From positions 1 through 64,000 of the IMG/VR virus record IMGVR_UViG_3300006802_012847: a DNA stretch of 64,000 nt. One strand, written 5' to 3'. Both the position numbers and the translations under genes were made by a program. This DNA is from a virus. Position 1 is the first letter of the stretch. Each line of letters starts with the position of its first letter. Below the pieces are notes generated by a model. It had not been told where the DNA came from and made no database searches. It was given only the letters and a program-made list of their open reading frames with translations. Of the stretch, positions 47,207-56,808 are shown piece after piece.

Positions 47207-47976
47207 TTACTTTATTAGATTTATTATCAGAAGCTAAATTGCCTCAGAGTGAACAAAATATGGATTTGTATGCTCGGAAGTATAAACGTACAATAGATTA
47301 TTTAAGTGGTAAAAATAAAGTATTGTTATTAACAACTAGCAATCGTCGGAGTGTACACAGAGAAGATATTCCTAAAAGTACGCAGTTGGCAATTAAAGCG
47401 CAAGAATTTTTAGGTAAAGAAAAAGTAACTTTAATTGATACTACAAAATTAAACATAGTCCCATGTGAAGGAAATGTTTCATCTAAATGGGGAAATAATT
47501 GTGGCATAAAGGATGCGTCATTAAAAGACAAAGAGAAAAACCCAACTGGAAATCATCGTTGTTGGGCTAGTATAAATAATAAAAATGATGAACTTTGGAA
47601 AATAAGTAAAGAATTATTTGAAAGTGACTGTGTTGTATTTTTTACAAGTATAAGATGGGGTCAAGCAAATGGCTTTTATCAAAAATTAATTGAAAGATTA
47701 ACTTGGATAGAAAATAGATTTCATAGTTTAAGAGAAGGAAATATTGTAAAAAATATCGATGCTGGGGTTATAGCAATTGGTCAAAACTGGAGAGGAAAAC
47801 AAGTAGTAGATGTTCAAAAAGAAGTGCTAGAATTTTATGGATTTAATACTCCGAATGAGTTATACTGGAATTGGCAATATACACAAGATGCGGATGACGA
47901 AACATTAAGATCTTATAAAAAGGCAATTACTACATTCGACAAAACATTTAAACCGAATTCATATGATAAAATTTAA
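47203..47976 (+). CDS. Flavodoxin-like/NADPH-dependent FMN reductase-like protein
   Basis: VLLLTTSNR, S..LA, LNIVPCEG..., ESDCVVFFTSIRWG......QKLIERL. Confidence 0.7.
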   Translation: MITLLDLLSEAKLPQSEQNMDLYARKYKRTIDYLSGKNKVLLLTTSNRRSVHREDIPKSTQLAIKAQEFLGKEKVTLIDTTKLNIVPCEGNVSSKWGNNCGIKDASLKDKEKNPTGNHRCWASINNKNDELWKISKELFESDCVVFFTSIRWGQANGFYQKLIERLTWIENRFHSLREGNIVKNIDAGVIAIGQNWRGKQVVDVQKEVLEFYGFNTPNELYWNWQYTQDADDETLRSYKKAITTFDKTFKPNSYDKI

Positions 47977-49012
47977 TAAACTTTTAAAGAAAATTATAAA
48001 AGAAGTATTGTCAGAGGGTGGTGTAGGAGGACATATGGCCCATCCATTCGATTTTGCTTCTAATGGCAAGGAGTTAATTGATATTTTTAATAAAACAATT
48101 CTATCATTAGAAAAAGGCGACAGTGGTAGTGTTAAGATAGATGGTGTTAACTCTAGTATTAGATTAGTAGATGGTCGATTTGTTATGGATAGAGGTAGCG
48201 CCAAAGCATTTGATTTAAAAGGCATGCGTCCAGAAGATTTGCCGAATAGATTTGCTCCAGGCCATGGTTTTATAAAAATCGGAAGTAAGGTGATTAATAT
48301 TTTCGACGAAGCTATTCCGTCAACTAAATCTGAACTTAAAAGTTTAGGGTTATTAGACAATCCTAATATTCTGTTGAACATAGAATATGTCGAAGGTCAA
48401 ACTAATGTTGTTGGTTATGATAACATTGGAAACTTTTTAGCAATTCATGGACTTAAAGAAATTAAACCAAGAACATTTGGAAAAGACGGATCTGTTAAAA
48501 GCAGAAGCACTGTTGAAATTCCTTATGATAAAAATGTAATGCAATCTTATATAAATAAGTTAAACGTGGTTGCTAAAAAACATGGATTTAAAGTATTAGG
48601 AAGTGTTGATACGAAACTAAAAAGTAGACCTAAATTAAATAGTGCTTTAAATGAAAAGATTACATTTTATCCAGAAGGATTGCCCGTTACTAAAACATTA
48701 AATGAGTGGTTGAAGGATGTTAAAATTGAAACACCGTTAATTACAAGAAAAGAGTTTTTGAATGTAACTAATAGTAAAAACTTGTCTAAAGATTTTGAGG
48801 GAAAAGATGTTAATAGATTAATTAATGATTCTGTTGTATATCTTGCTACAGTTAAACTAGGCGATGAAATACTAAAACAAGCTACAAGTGAAATTGGAGA
48901 TTTAAGTTCCCATGAAGGAATTGTTATTCGCGATCCAAGTATTTATAAAGATCCATACAAAATTACAGGTAATTTCTTAATAAGAGGCATGGGCAGTGAG
49001 TTTGGAAAATAA
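47963..49012 (+). CDS. Phage protein with ligase-like nucleotidyltransferase motifs (DUF6267-like)
   Basis: EGGVGGHMAHPFD; SVKIDG (KxDG); HEGIVIR; YKITG. Confidence 0.55.
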   Translation: MIKFNKLLKKIIKEVLSEGGVGGHMAHPFDFASNGKELIDIFNKTILSLEKGDSGSVKIDGVNSSIRLVDGRFVMDRGSAKAFDLKGMRPEDLPNRFAPGHGFIKIGSKVINIFDEAIPSTKSELKSLGLLDNPNILLNIEYVEGQTNVVGYDNIGNFLAIHGLKEIKPRTFGKDGSVKSRSTVEIPYDKNVMQSYINKLNVVAKKHGFKVLGSVDTKLKSRPKLNSALNEKITFYPEGLPVTKTLNEWLKDVKIETPLITRKEFLNVTNSKNLSKDFEGKDVNRLINDSVVYLATVKLGDEILKQATSEIGDLSSHEGIVIRDPSIYKDPYKITGNFLIRGMGSEFGK

Positions 49013-49036
49013 AATAAATACGTATTAAACAAAGTT

Positions 49037-49675
49037 ATGAAAAAAGGAAAATCTAATTTAGATATTCTTCGCAATTATGTCGAAGGAACTCGACCATTTA
49101 TTCAAGTTGGCTATGATGAAAATACTGCTTTGGAAAGTAGAAAAGAGGGTGAAGAATGGGAAGATGGTAGGGGTAATAGATGGAAAAAAGAAAATGGTAT
49201 CAAGAAAAAAATATCGAAGAAAGCTACAATAATTAATGAAAAGAGATGTAGGATTTGTAACTGTGATACTCGTTGGGGCAATTATTTAGATGATAGAGTT
49301 TGGCCGAAAACTCAACTTTGTTATGATTGTTTTAATGAAGAAGAAACTAGAATGAAGTTAGACGGCACTTGGGAAATATTTAATAAATTAAGAGATTTAA
49401 AAAATGGAAAATCTGCTTTATTAGATCACAAAAGTAAATTTGAACAAACTAAAAAATGGTGTGAAGAAAATAAGGGAAAGCCGTTGGAGTTTGTGAATGA
49501 AGATGGCAGTATTGAGAAGTGGGAAGGCGATACTAGCGCAGAAAAAATATTAAAAGATGTTACGTCAGATTTAGGAATACTTGAGAATAGATTGACTGAA
49601 ATAAATGATCTTATTGATGGATTAGAAAAAGAATATGAGTCAAAATCTAAGAGAAATAATAAAACAAGAATATAA
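49037..49675 (+). CDS. Hypothetical protein with CxxC...CxxC Zn ribbon, upstream of terL
   Basis: RKEGEEWED..G..W; CRIC...CYDC; overlaps the terL start. Confidence 0.65.
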   Translation: MKKGKSNLDILRNYVEGTRPFIQVGYDENTALESRKEGEEWEDGRGNRWKKENGIKKKISKKATIINEKRCRICNCDTRWGNYLDDRVWPKTQLCYDCFNEEETRMKLDGTWEIFNKLRDLKNGKSALLDHKSKFEQTKKWCEENKGKPLEFVNEDGSIEKWEGDTSAEKILKDVTSDLGILENRLTEINDLIDGLEKEYESKSKRNNKTRI

Positions 49676-50483
49676 GAAGTGTGTAGAAAATCCAATATAC
49701 TTCATGAAGAAGTATGTGAAGATTCAACACCCGATTAAAGGAACATGTAGTTTTGATTTATTTCCTTTTCAAGAAGAAGCATTATCTAGTTTAGTAAATA
49801 ATCCACTAAACATTATCTTGAAAAGTCGTCAAATGGGTATTTCTACTCTTACAGCTGCATATAGTTTGTGGTTGATGACGTTTCACAATGATAAAAATAT
49901 TCTTTGTATTAGTATTACACAAGAAACTGCAAAAGAAATTGTCACCAAAGTTAGATTTGCTAACGATAACCTTCCGTCATGGTTAAAAGTTCAATGTGTA
50001 GAAGATAATAGATTAAGTCTTCGTTTAAAAAATGGTTCTCAGATTAAAGCAGTATCTTCTGCTGGAACTGCTGGTCGTTCTGCCGCACTATCGCTTTTGG
50101 TAATAGATGAAGCTGCTTTTATTGATGGCATTGAAGAAATATGGTTATCTGCTCAATATACCTTATCTACTGGTGGTAGAGCAATTGTGTTGAGTACACC
50201 GAATGGAGTGGGTAATTTCTTTCATAAAACGTGGATAGGAGCAGAGTCTGGCGATAATGGATTTAAAACAATAAGACTTCCGTGGCATTTACATCCAGAA
50301 CGAGATCAAGCATGGCGTGATAGACAAACAGAATTATCTGGTGTAAAAGGCGCGGCACAGGAGTGTGATTGTATATGGGGAGAATCTGTCGTCCGAGTTA
50401 AAGATAAAGATACGAATGAAGAATTTACAATTTCTTTAAAAGATTTATATAATTCGGGGTATTGTATAATTAATAATATTTAA
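49635..50483 (+). CDS. terL: Terminase large subunit, N-terminal ATPase half + N-intein fragment
   Basis: LKSRQMGIST (Walker A), LLVIDEAAF (Walker B), STPNG (motif III); ends with CIWGESVVRV... intein block A. Confidence 0.93.
   Translation: MSQNLREIIKQEYKKCVENPIYFMKKYVKIQHPIKGTCSFDLFPFQEEALSSLVNNPLNIILKSRQMGISTLTAAYSLWLMTFHNDKNILCISITQETAKEIVTKVRFANDNLPSWLKVQCVEDNRLSLRLKNGSQIKAVSSAGTAGRSAALSLLVIDEAAFIDGIEEIWLSAQYTLSTGGRAIVLSTPNGVGNFFHKTWIGAESGDNGFKTIRLPWHLHPERDQAWRDRQTELSGVKGAAQECDCIWGESVVRVKDKDTNEEFTISLKDLYNSGYCIINNI
50370..50480 (+). mobile_element. Split intein N-fragment (37 aa)
   Basis: After GAAQECD: C1-IWGESVVRVKDKDTNEEFTISLKDLY..., then stop. Confidence 0.85.
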
Positions 50484-50529
50484 TTTTTTTAAAAATACTT
50501 ATATAATTTTGATATTAGAATAAAATATA

Positions 50530-50862
50530 ATGGAATTTAAATTAAATAAAAATTTAGAGATACTTACCCCAACTGGATATAGAAATTTCCACGGTATTCG
50601 TAAATTAACAAAAGATGTTTGTTTTGAAATAAAATTTAATAATAATAAAAAATTAAAATGTTCAGAAACACATGTTTTTATCAGTGATAACAAAGAAATA
50701 AAAGCAAATGAGTTAACCGTAAAATCTTCAATTGACGGTAAAAATGGAGAATCTGTAATTGTTACAAGTATTAAAAAAATACAAGAAACTATAGATCTTT
50801 ATGATATTGTAGAGGTAGATAATGGTAATGTGTTTATTGTAGATGATATAGTTTCACACAAT
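50530..50862 (+). mobile_element. Split intein C-fragment (111 aa)
   Basis: ILTPTGY..F.GI, CSETHVF (block B), LYDIVEV (block F), IVSHN (block G), then Cys+1. Confidence 0.9.
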
Positions 50863-51717
50863 TGTGACTTCTCAACTTCTGGTAATCAAGTTGTATCTGT
50901 AGAAACATTAGAATATTATAAAGCTACGTTTGTTGTTGATCCTATTGAGAAAAGAGGAGCAGGCGGTGATTTTTGGATATGGGAGAGACCCGATTATAGT
51001 AAAAACTATATTATAAGTGCTGACTGCGCTCGTGGTGATAGTAGTGACTATAGTGCATTTCAAATATTCGATGTTGAAAGTATGGAACAAGTGGGTGAAT
51101 ACAAAGGTCAAATTACCACTAAAGATTATGGCAATATGTTAGTTGCGGTGGCCACAGAATATAATAACGCATTGTTAGTTGTAGAAAATAACAACATAGG
51201 ATGGGCTACTCTCCAACAAATAATTGATAGAGATTATAAAAATACTTTCTATAGTACTCCAGATTTAAATATAATTGATGTTGAACACAGTTATACTAAT
51301 AAACTCAGTCGTCAAGATAAAAAGTTAATAGCTGGATTTACAACTACAAATAAAAATAGACCTTTGATTATCAGTAATATGGAATCGTGTTTTAGAGATA
51401 AATCTATTACAATTAAGTCTGTTAGATTATATGAAGAATTGAATGTTTTTATTTGGCATGGAGCTAAAGCAGAAGCTATGAGAGGATATAACGATGACTT
51501 AGTAATGTCCTTAAGTATAGGCTTGTGGATTCGTGATACAGCGCTTAAACTAAGAAATGAACAAATAAGTTATACTAAGAATATGTTAAGCGGAATTAAA
51601 AAAGTAACTAGTGTAGAAACAAGACCAGGGCCGCAAAATAAGATATTAGCATCTCCAGAAGAGTCATGGGCTATGGAAGTTAATGGGAAAAAAGAAAACT
51701 TAAACTGGTTATTGTAA
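50530..51717 (+). CDS. terL: C-intein fragment + terminase large subunit nuclease half
   Basis: Intein C part ending SHN|C; then ISADCARGDSSDYSA, VVENNNIG, GYNDDLVMSL nuclease motifs. Confidence 0.93.
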   Translation: MEFKLNKNLEILTPTGYRNFHGIRKLTKDVCFEIKFNNNKKLKCSETHVFISDNKEIKANELTVKSSIDGKNGESVIVTSIKKIQETIDLYDIVEVDNGNVFIVDDIVSHNCDFSTSGNQVVSVETLEYYKATFVVDPIEKRGAGGDFWIWERPDYSKNYIISADCARGDSSDYSAFQIFDVESMEQVGEYKGQITTKDYGNMLVAVATEYNNALLVVENNNIGWATLQQIIDRDYKNTFYSTPDLNIIDVEHSYTNKLSRQDKKLIAGFTTTNKNRPLIISNMESCFRDKSITIKSVRLYEELNVFIWHGAKAEAMRGYNDDLVMSLSIGLWIRDTALKLRNEQISYTKNMLSGIKKVTSVETRPGPQNKILASPEESWAMEVNGKKENLNWLL

Positions 51718-51741
51718 TACTTATATATAAGATAATACTGT

Positions 51742-54700
51742 ATGGACGATAAATCATTTCAAGAATTAAAAAACAGATCATTATATGCTAAATTAAAAAG
51801 ATTATTTAGCAATGATGTAGTTGTTCGAAATGTTGGTGGTAAAAAATTAAAAGTAATTGATACCGATGAAGTTTTTTATGCAACGGATCGTAATAGTTTA
51901 AGAGACAGATTTAATCGTCTAAGAACTACATCATATAATCAATATACCAGAGATTATAATTTATCCTATCAAAGTTCCCGTGTAGAACTATTTCGTGATT
52001 ATGATTGCGTTGGACCAGATACAGTAGTACCACTACCCGATGGAACTTTTCCCACGATCGCGGAACTTGCTGAAAAATATAAAGATAAACCTCAAGAAAG
52101 ATTTTATGTATTTTCATATGATCATGAAACAGACAGTATAAAATTAGGTAAAGCATATCATCCTCGTAAAAAGAAAGGAAAACGTCAAGGATATAAAGTA
52201 ACATTTGATAATGGTCAATATGTCATTGCCAGTCTTAAACATCCATTTATGATGCGAGATGGAACATATAAACGAACATTTGAACTTAGAGTTGGTGATT
52301 CTATAATGCCATTTTATCAAAGAGAATACGGATATAAAAAACACGGGTTTAAAAGATATCGTAGATTGTATAATTTTTCAAAAGGATGGCAATCAGAACA
52401 TAAAATTGTCGCTGAACAATTTGATAGACCTCTTAAAAAAGGAGAGGTTGTACATCATATCAATATAAATGGCGCTGATAATAGTCCAGAAAATCTTTTG
52501 ATAATGGATTGGAAAGAACACAAAAAATTTCATTCTGAATATAATAAAAATGCGTTATGGGGTAAAGAAAATTATGAGAAACAACTAAATAAGTTGAGAT
52601 CACATCCGAATTATATTAATAGAAATATTCATCATTGGAATGGGGAAAGAAAGGGAGAAAATAATCCATTTTATGGAAAAATACATACCGATGAATCAAA
52701 TAAACAGAGATCAGATACTTTAAAGGAAGTATTTAAAAATAGAAATCAAAATGGAAATAAAAATCCAAAATATAGAGATGATATAACTTTTGATAATGTT
52801 AAAGAAAAAGCATACGAATATTATAAAGAATATTCTAAAATTAATCTTTGGGATTTTATTAAACATATACATTGTGATCACTCCACTCTTCAAAATCGTT
52901 TAAAAACAGAAGGACATGATTGGAAATCATTCAAACAAGATGTTGAAACAACATTGAATCATAAAATTATTTCAATAGAACACATTGGCGAAGTTGATGT
53001 ATACGATGTAACAGTTGAAAAATATGAAAATTTTGCAACAGATAGTTGTTTCGTCTCGAATACAATGGATATGGACCCAATTCTTGCTGCAGCATTAGAC
53101 ATATATGCAGATGAATGTACTACTAGAAATGAAATGGGCGAAGTAATCACTGTTAGAAGCACTAATGATGATGTTAAATTAGTATTAAACAATTTATTCT
53201 ATGACATTTTAAACATTGAATTCAACTTATGGTCGTGGATTCGTAGTTTAGTTAAATATGGTGATTTTTATTTAAGACTTTATATAAGTCCAGAGTATGG
53301 GGTTTATATGGTAGAACCACTAAGTACTTACTATGTCACCCGTGTAGAAAATGCTCATTTAACTAATAAAAATTTTGTAAAGTTCCAAGTTAATATGCCT
53401 TATGGTAATAAGATTGAAGACCTCGAAAATTACCAAATGGCACACTTTAGACTACTAAGTGATAGTAACTTTCTGCCATACGGTAAAAGTATGTTAGAAG
53501 GCGCAAGACGTGTCTGGAAACAATTAAGTTTGATGGAGGATGCAATGTTGATTCATCGTATCATGCGTGCTCCAGAAAAACGTATTTTCAAAGTAGATAT
53601 TGGTAACATCCCACCAAATGAAGTGGACAATCACATGGAGAGAATCATTAGTCAAATGAAAAAAACTCCATATCTAGATCAAAATACTGGTGATTATAAT
53701 CTTCGATTTAATTTACAAAACATGGTCGAAGACTTTTTCTTACCAGTTCGTGGTAGTGATAGTGGTACTGCTATAGATAATTTGCCAGGTCTAGAGTGGA
53801 CAGGTACAGATGATATCGAATATCTACGTAATAAAATGATGGCTGCTCTTAAAATACCTAAAGCATTTTTGGGTTATGATGAAACTGTAAGCGGTAAAGC
53901 TACATTAGCAGCTGAAGATATTCGTTTTGCTAGAACAATTCAAAGACTCCAAAGAATCGTTGTTAGTGAATTAAATAAAATAGCAGTAGTTCATTTATAT
54001 AGTCAAGGATATCGTGATGAGGCTCTTGTTGATTTTAGTTTAGAATTGACAAATCCATCTACAATCTTTGAAAAAGAAAAACTCGATGTTTGGAAAAGTA
54101 AAGTTGAAGTTAGTGAAGCTATGCAGCAAGAAAAACTGTTTAGTAAGAAATGGATTTACGAAAATGTATTTGGTATGTCTGACCAAGACATGATTACAAT
54201 GCAAAAACAACTGGTTGATGATGCTAAAGGAATGTATCGATTTAAACAGATCGAAGAAGAAGGTGATGATCCAGCATTAGCATTTTTAAAATCTAAAGAC
54301 GAAGAAGGCGGAGAAGGAGCACCAGAAGAAGGTGGGGAAGAAGGGGACTTAGGAGATCTTGCTGGTGGTACTGGCGAAGAAACGCCTGAAGGTGGAGCCG
54401 AAACTGAACCAGCAGCTGGGGGTGGTGGCGAAGAAGAAACACCTACATTAACTGAAAAAACGAAATTGACTGCTCATGAACGTGAAAAAGCAGCAAAAGA
54501 AAAAGAAAAAAATCGGGATAGAGACCAAACTGGAAGAAAAAAAGCTAATGATTATAGATTTGGCGAAGATCCATTAGGTTCTCTGGAATTAAATTCGGAA
54601 CCTGATAGAAGTGTATCTCATAAATATAAAGGTAGATCTCCTTTATCGCTTGAGGGATTATCTTCTATATTAGATGAACTAGAACAACATAAATCTATGT

Positions 54701-54762
54701 TGAATGAGACCAAAGAAAAATCATCAGGGTCTTACATGGATGAAATAAATATTAAAGAATAA
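51742..54762 (+). CDS. gp20: Portal protein (gp20-like) with intein
   Basis: ALDIYADE, LVKYGD, PYGKSMLE.ARR.WKQL.LMEDAMLI.RI.RAPEKR.F..DIGN, EDFFLP.RG, ALKIPKAFL. Confidence 0.95.
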   Translation: MDDKSFQELKNRSLYAKLKRLFSNDVVVRNVGGKKLKVIDTDEVFYATDRNSLRDRFNRLRTTSYNQYTRDYNLSYQSSRVELFRDYDCVGPDTVVPLPDGTFPTIAELAEKYKDKPQERFYVFSYDHETDSIKLGKAYHPRKKKGKRQGYKVTFDNGQYVIASLKHPFMMRDGTYKRTFELRVGDSIMPFYQREYGYKKHGFKRYRRLYNFSKGWQSEHKIVAEQFDRPLKKGEVVHHININGADNSPENLLIMDWKEHKKFHSEYNKNALWGKENYEKQLNKLRSHPNYINRNIHHWNGERKGENNPFYGKIHTDESNKQRSDTLKEVFKNRNQNGNKNPKYRDDITFDNVKEKAYEYYKEYSKINLWDFIKHIHCDHSTLQNRLKTEGHDWKSFKQDVETTLNHKIISIEHIGEVDVYDVTVEKYENFATDSCFVSNTMDMDPILAAALDIYADECTTRNEMGEVITVRSTNDDVKLVLNNLFYDILNIEFNLWSWIRSLVKYGDFYLRLYISPEYGVYMVEPLSTYYVTRVENAHLTNKNFVKFQVNMPYGNKIEDLENYQMAHFRLLSDSNFLPYGKSMLEGARRVWKQLSLMEDAMLIHRIMRAPEKRIFKVDIGNIPPNEVDNHMERIISQMKKTPYLDQNTGDYNLRFNLQNMVEDFFLPVRGSDSGTAIDNLPGLEWTGTDDIEYLRNKMMAALKIPKAFLGYDETVSGKATLAAEDIRFARTIQRLQRIVVSELNKIAVVHLYSQGYRDEALVDFSLELTNPSTIFEKEKLDVWKSKVEVSEAMQQEKLFSKKWIYENVFGMSDQDMITMQKQLVDDAKGMYRFKQIEEEGDDPALAFLKSKDEEGGEGAPEEGGEEGDLGDLAGGTGEETPEGGAETEPAAGGGGEEETPTLTEKTKLTAHEREKAAKEKEKNRDRDQTGRKKANDYRFGEDPLGSLELNSEPDRSVSHKYKGRSPLSLEGLSSILDELEQHKSMLNETKEKSSGSYMDEINIKE
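52006..53061 (+). mobile_element. Intein (352 aa) with HNH endonuclease and NUMOD3-like motif
   Basis: YD|CVGPDTVV...ASLKHPF...VVHHININGADNSPENL...GENNPFYGKIH...VYDVTVE..ENF....FVSN|T. Confidence 0.92.
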
Positions 54763-54817
54763 ACAATTACCGAAGATTTTTTATTTTTAATTATATTTAT
54801 AAATAATAAAGAACTAT

Positions 54818-55693
54818 ATGCGAAAGAAAGCTAAACATTCAAAATTCAAAAACAGTGGGGTGCTGTTTGAATTGTTGACTCGTCAGATTACAGCAGATAT
54901 ATTGGCCGGTCGTGACGAATCTTTTACAAAAAATTTGATGTTTCGTTATTTTAATGAACGCACCGTACTTGGAAAAGAATTTCAATTATATAATTTTATT
55001 GTAAACGAGACATCTAAAAGTGTGGAGTCTGCTGATCGTATTTTAAATGTCGTCTTACACACACGTTCTAAACTTAATGAACGTGAGTTGGAAAAACAAA
55101 AGTATAATCTTATTAAAGAAATCAAAGAAAAATATAACATCGATGAATTTCTTAAAAATAAGATTCCTAACTACAAACTTTATGCTTCTGTTTACAAGTT
55201 GTTTGAAGATCAATCTCCAGGCGAGTCAAAATTTGAAGTTAAAGAAATTATTGAGGCTAAGGAATGTGTAGTAGAAAATTTAACTAAAGAACGTCGAGTT
55301 GATGAAAAGTCTTTAGATGTATATAGTTCTCAAACACCTGAAGTTAGATTATTAGCATATAAGTTCTTGATTGAAAACTTCAATAAGAAATATTCTTCTT
55401 TGTTATCATCTCAGAAAGACTTATTGAAACAATATATTACAAATGTTTCAAATACAAACAAGTTTACTGATTATGTTAATAAAGAATACAAACGTGTCTC
55501 TGAATCATTAAAAGATTCGACTTCATCTATTGAAAACGATGTAATTAAAATTAAGTTAAATGAGACCGTTTCTCAACTATCTGGTAAAGTAATTACTGGT
55601 GTAGTCAAGGAAAATCAATTATCCGCGCTTTTAAGTGCTTATGAATTGATTGAGGAAATTGATAGACTAAAAAATGAAAAGGTCTCTTCTTAA
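54818..55693 (+). CDS. Phage head-module hypothetical protein
   Basis: 291-aa ORF, HSKFKNSGVLFELLTRQITAD N-terminus; between portal and protease. Confidence 0.7.
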   Translation: MRKKAKHSKFKNSGVLFELLTRQITADILAGRDESFTKNLMFRYFNERTVLGKEFQLYNFIVNETSKSVESADRILNVVLHTRSKLNERELEKQKYNLIKEIKEKYNIDEFLKNKIPNYKLYASVYKLFEDQSPGESKFEVKEIIEAKECVVENLTKERRVDEKSLDVYSSQTPEVRLLAYKFLIENFNKKYSSLLSSQKDLLKQYITNVSNTNKFTDYVNKEYKRVSESLKDSTSSIENDVIKIKLNETVSQLSGKVITGVVKENQLSALLSAYELIEEIDRLKNEKVSS

Positions 55694-56801
55694 AGAATCT
55701 ATCGATGAAATTAGAGATATTGTAAAAAAATATGCTCAGAGTTATCGACAGAATGAAGAAGCATGTAATGATAAATATCATACATGGTTAGATAATCACG
55801 CCGATAAACTTTCCAAATTGTCTCCAGAGCTGGTTGATAAAATAAAATCAGCCGTATTAACTAGAATTAAAGAAGCATCTACTAGTAGTGCAGCTGGAGC
55901 CTATATGACTCCATTTGCTTTTTCAACCAGAGGGCCTGGTAATGTAAGAGCTGCCACACAATTGGGATATAGACTAGCTAAGCCTGTTAAAAGAAGTCCC
56001 AAATATGCTTTAGAAAATCAAGTGTACAGTGAACCAGCATATGTAACACCTGCACAAGATATCGGGTTAGTATCAACTTGGGAAGATGAAAATGGTTTAA
56101 TTCAACACGGAGATCCAGAAATGGACCCAGGCTTGGATGGTTACAAGCAATGTGAACTGCCTACTACAGAAACTATTGTTAAAGAAGGAATTGGAGTATC
56201 TAAATATATGACATTGGAAGCAGAAATAGAACCTGATGTGAAGGTGAAAGAAAAAGAGAAGGTGATCGTGAAAGATCCTCAACAAACTCCCACGCCTTCA
56301 GTAAATGTACAAACTTATAATGTATTACCTGATTTCACTGCATTTGATGTTAAATTAAAAAATAGTACAGAGAAATTAAAGTTGGACTTACAGAAGAAAA
56401 TCCAAGATCAAATTTTAAATAAGAAGGTTGTTATTCGCGCCGCTAAGGGATATAAACAACCAGAAATGGATTATACTGTTAATGTAACAGGTGTTGCAAT
56501 TGATTATTACTACGATAGATACGTTATTATTGTGGTTGGCCGTGAAGAAAACAAACAAAAAGTTTCCAAATTCTTTTTGAAGCCTGGATATAAAATTAGA
56601 ATATTAGGTCCTGCTGATGTGAAACCTAAAGATAAATATCAAATTGCTAAATCACAAGCTTTAGTTGATCTAGATGCTTCTGCGATTGGAAGTGATAACG
56701 TTGTAACATCACCTGAACCTATTGCTAAACCAAAAGAAGAACCAGTTGACCAACCTTTGGCAGAATTTACTTTTAAAAAACATTTAGATCAATTGAATTA
56801 G
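55674..56801 (+). CDS. Hypothetical head-module protein
   Basis: 375-aa ORF overlapping the previous gene; IKE-ASTS, YMTPFAF segments. Confidence 0.65.
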   Translation: MKRSLLKESIDEIRDIVKKYAQSYRQNEEACNDKYHTWLDNHADKLSKLSPELVDKIKSAVLTRIKEASTSSAAGAYMTPFAFSTRGPGNVRAATQLGYRLAKPVKRSPKYALENQVYSEPAYVTPAQDIGLVSTWEDENGLIQHGDPEMDPGLDGYKQCELPTTETIVKEGIGVSKYMTLEAEIEPDVKVKEKEKVIVKDPQQTPTPSVNVQTYNVLPDFTAFDVKLKNSTEKLKLDLQKKIQDQILNKKVVIRAAKGYKQPEMDYTVNVTGVAIDYYYDRYVIIVVGREENKQKVSKFFLKPGYKIRILGPADVKPKDKYQIAKSQALVDLDASAIGSDNVVTSPEPIAKPKEEPVDQPLAEFTFKKHLDQLN

Positions 56802-56808
56802 AAATACT

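Noticed and set aside
50484-50529. TerL split as a single-frameshift sequencing error in a contiguous intein
   Set aside because: Stops in both relevant frames (50481, 50521) and a separate promoter-like motif and ATG; one indel cannot fuse the halves.
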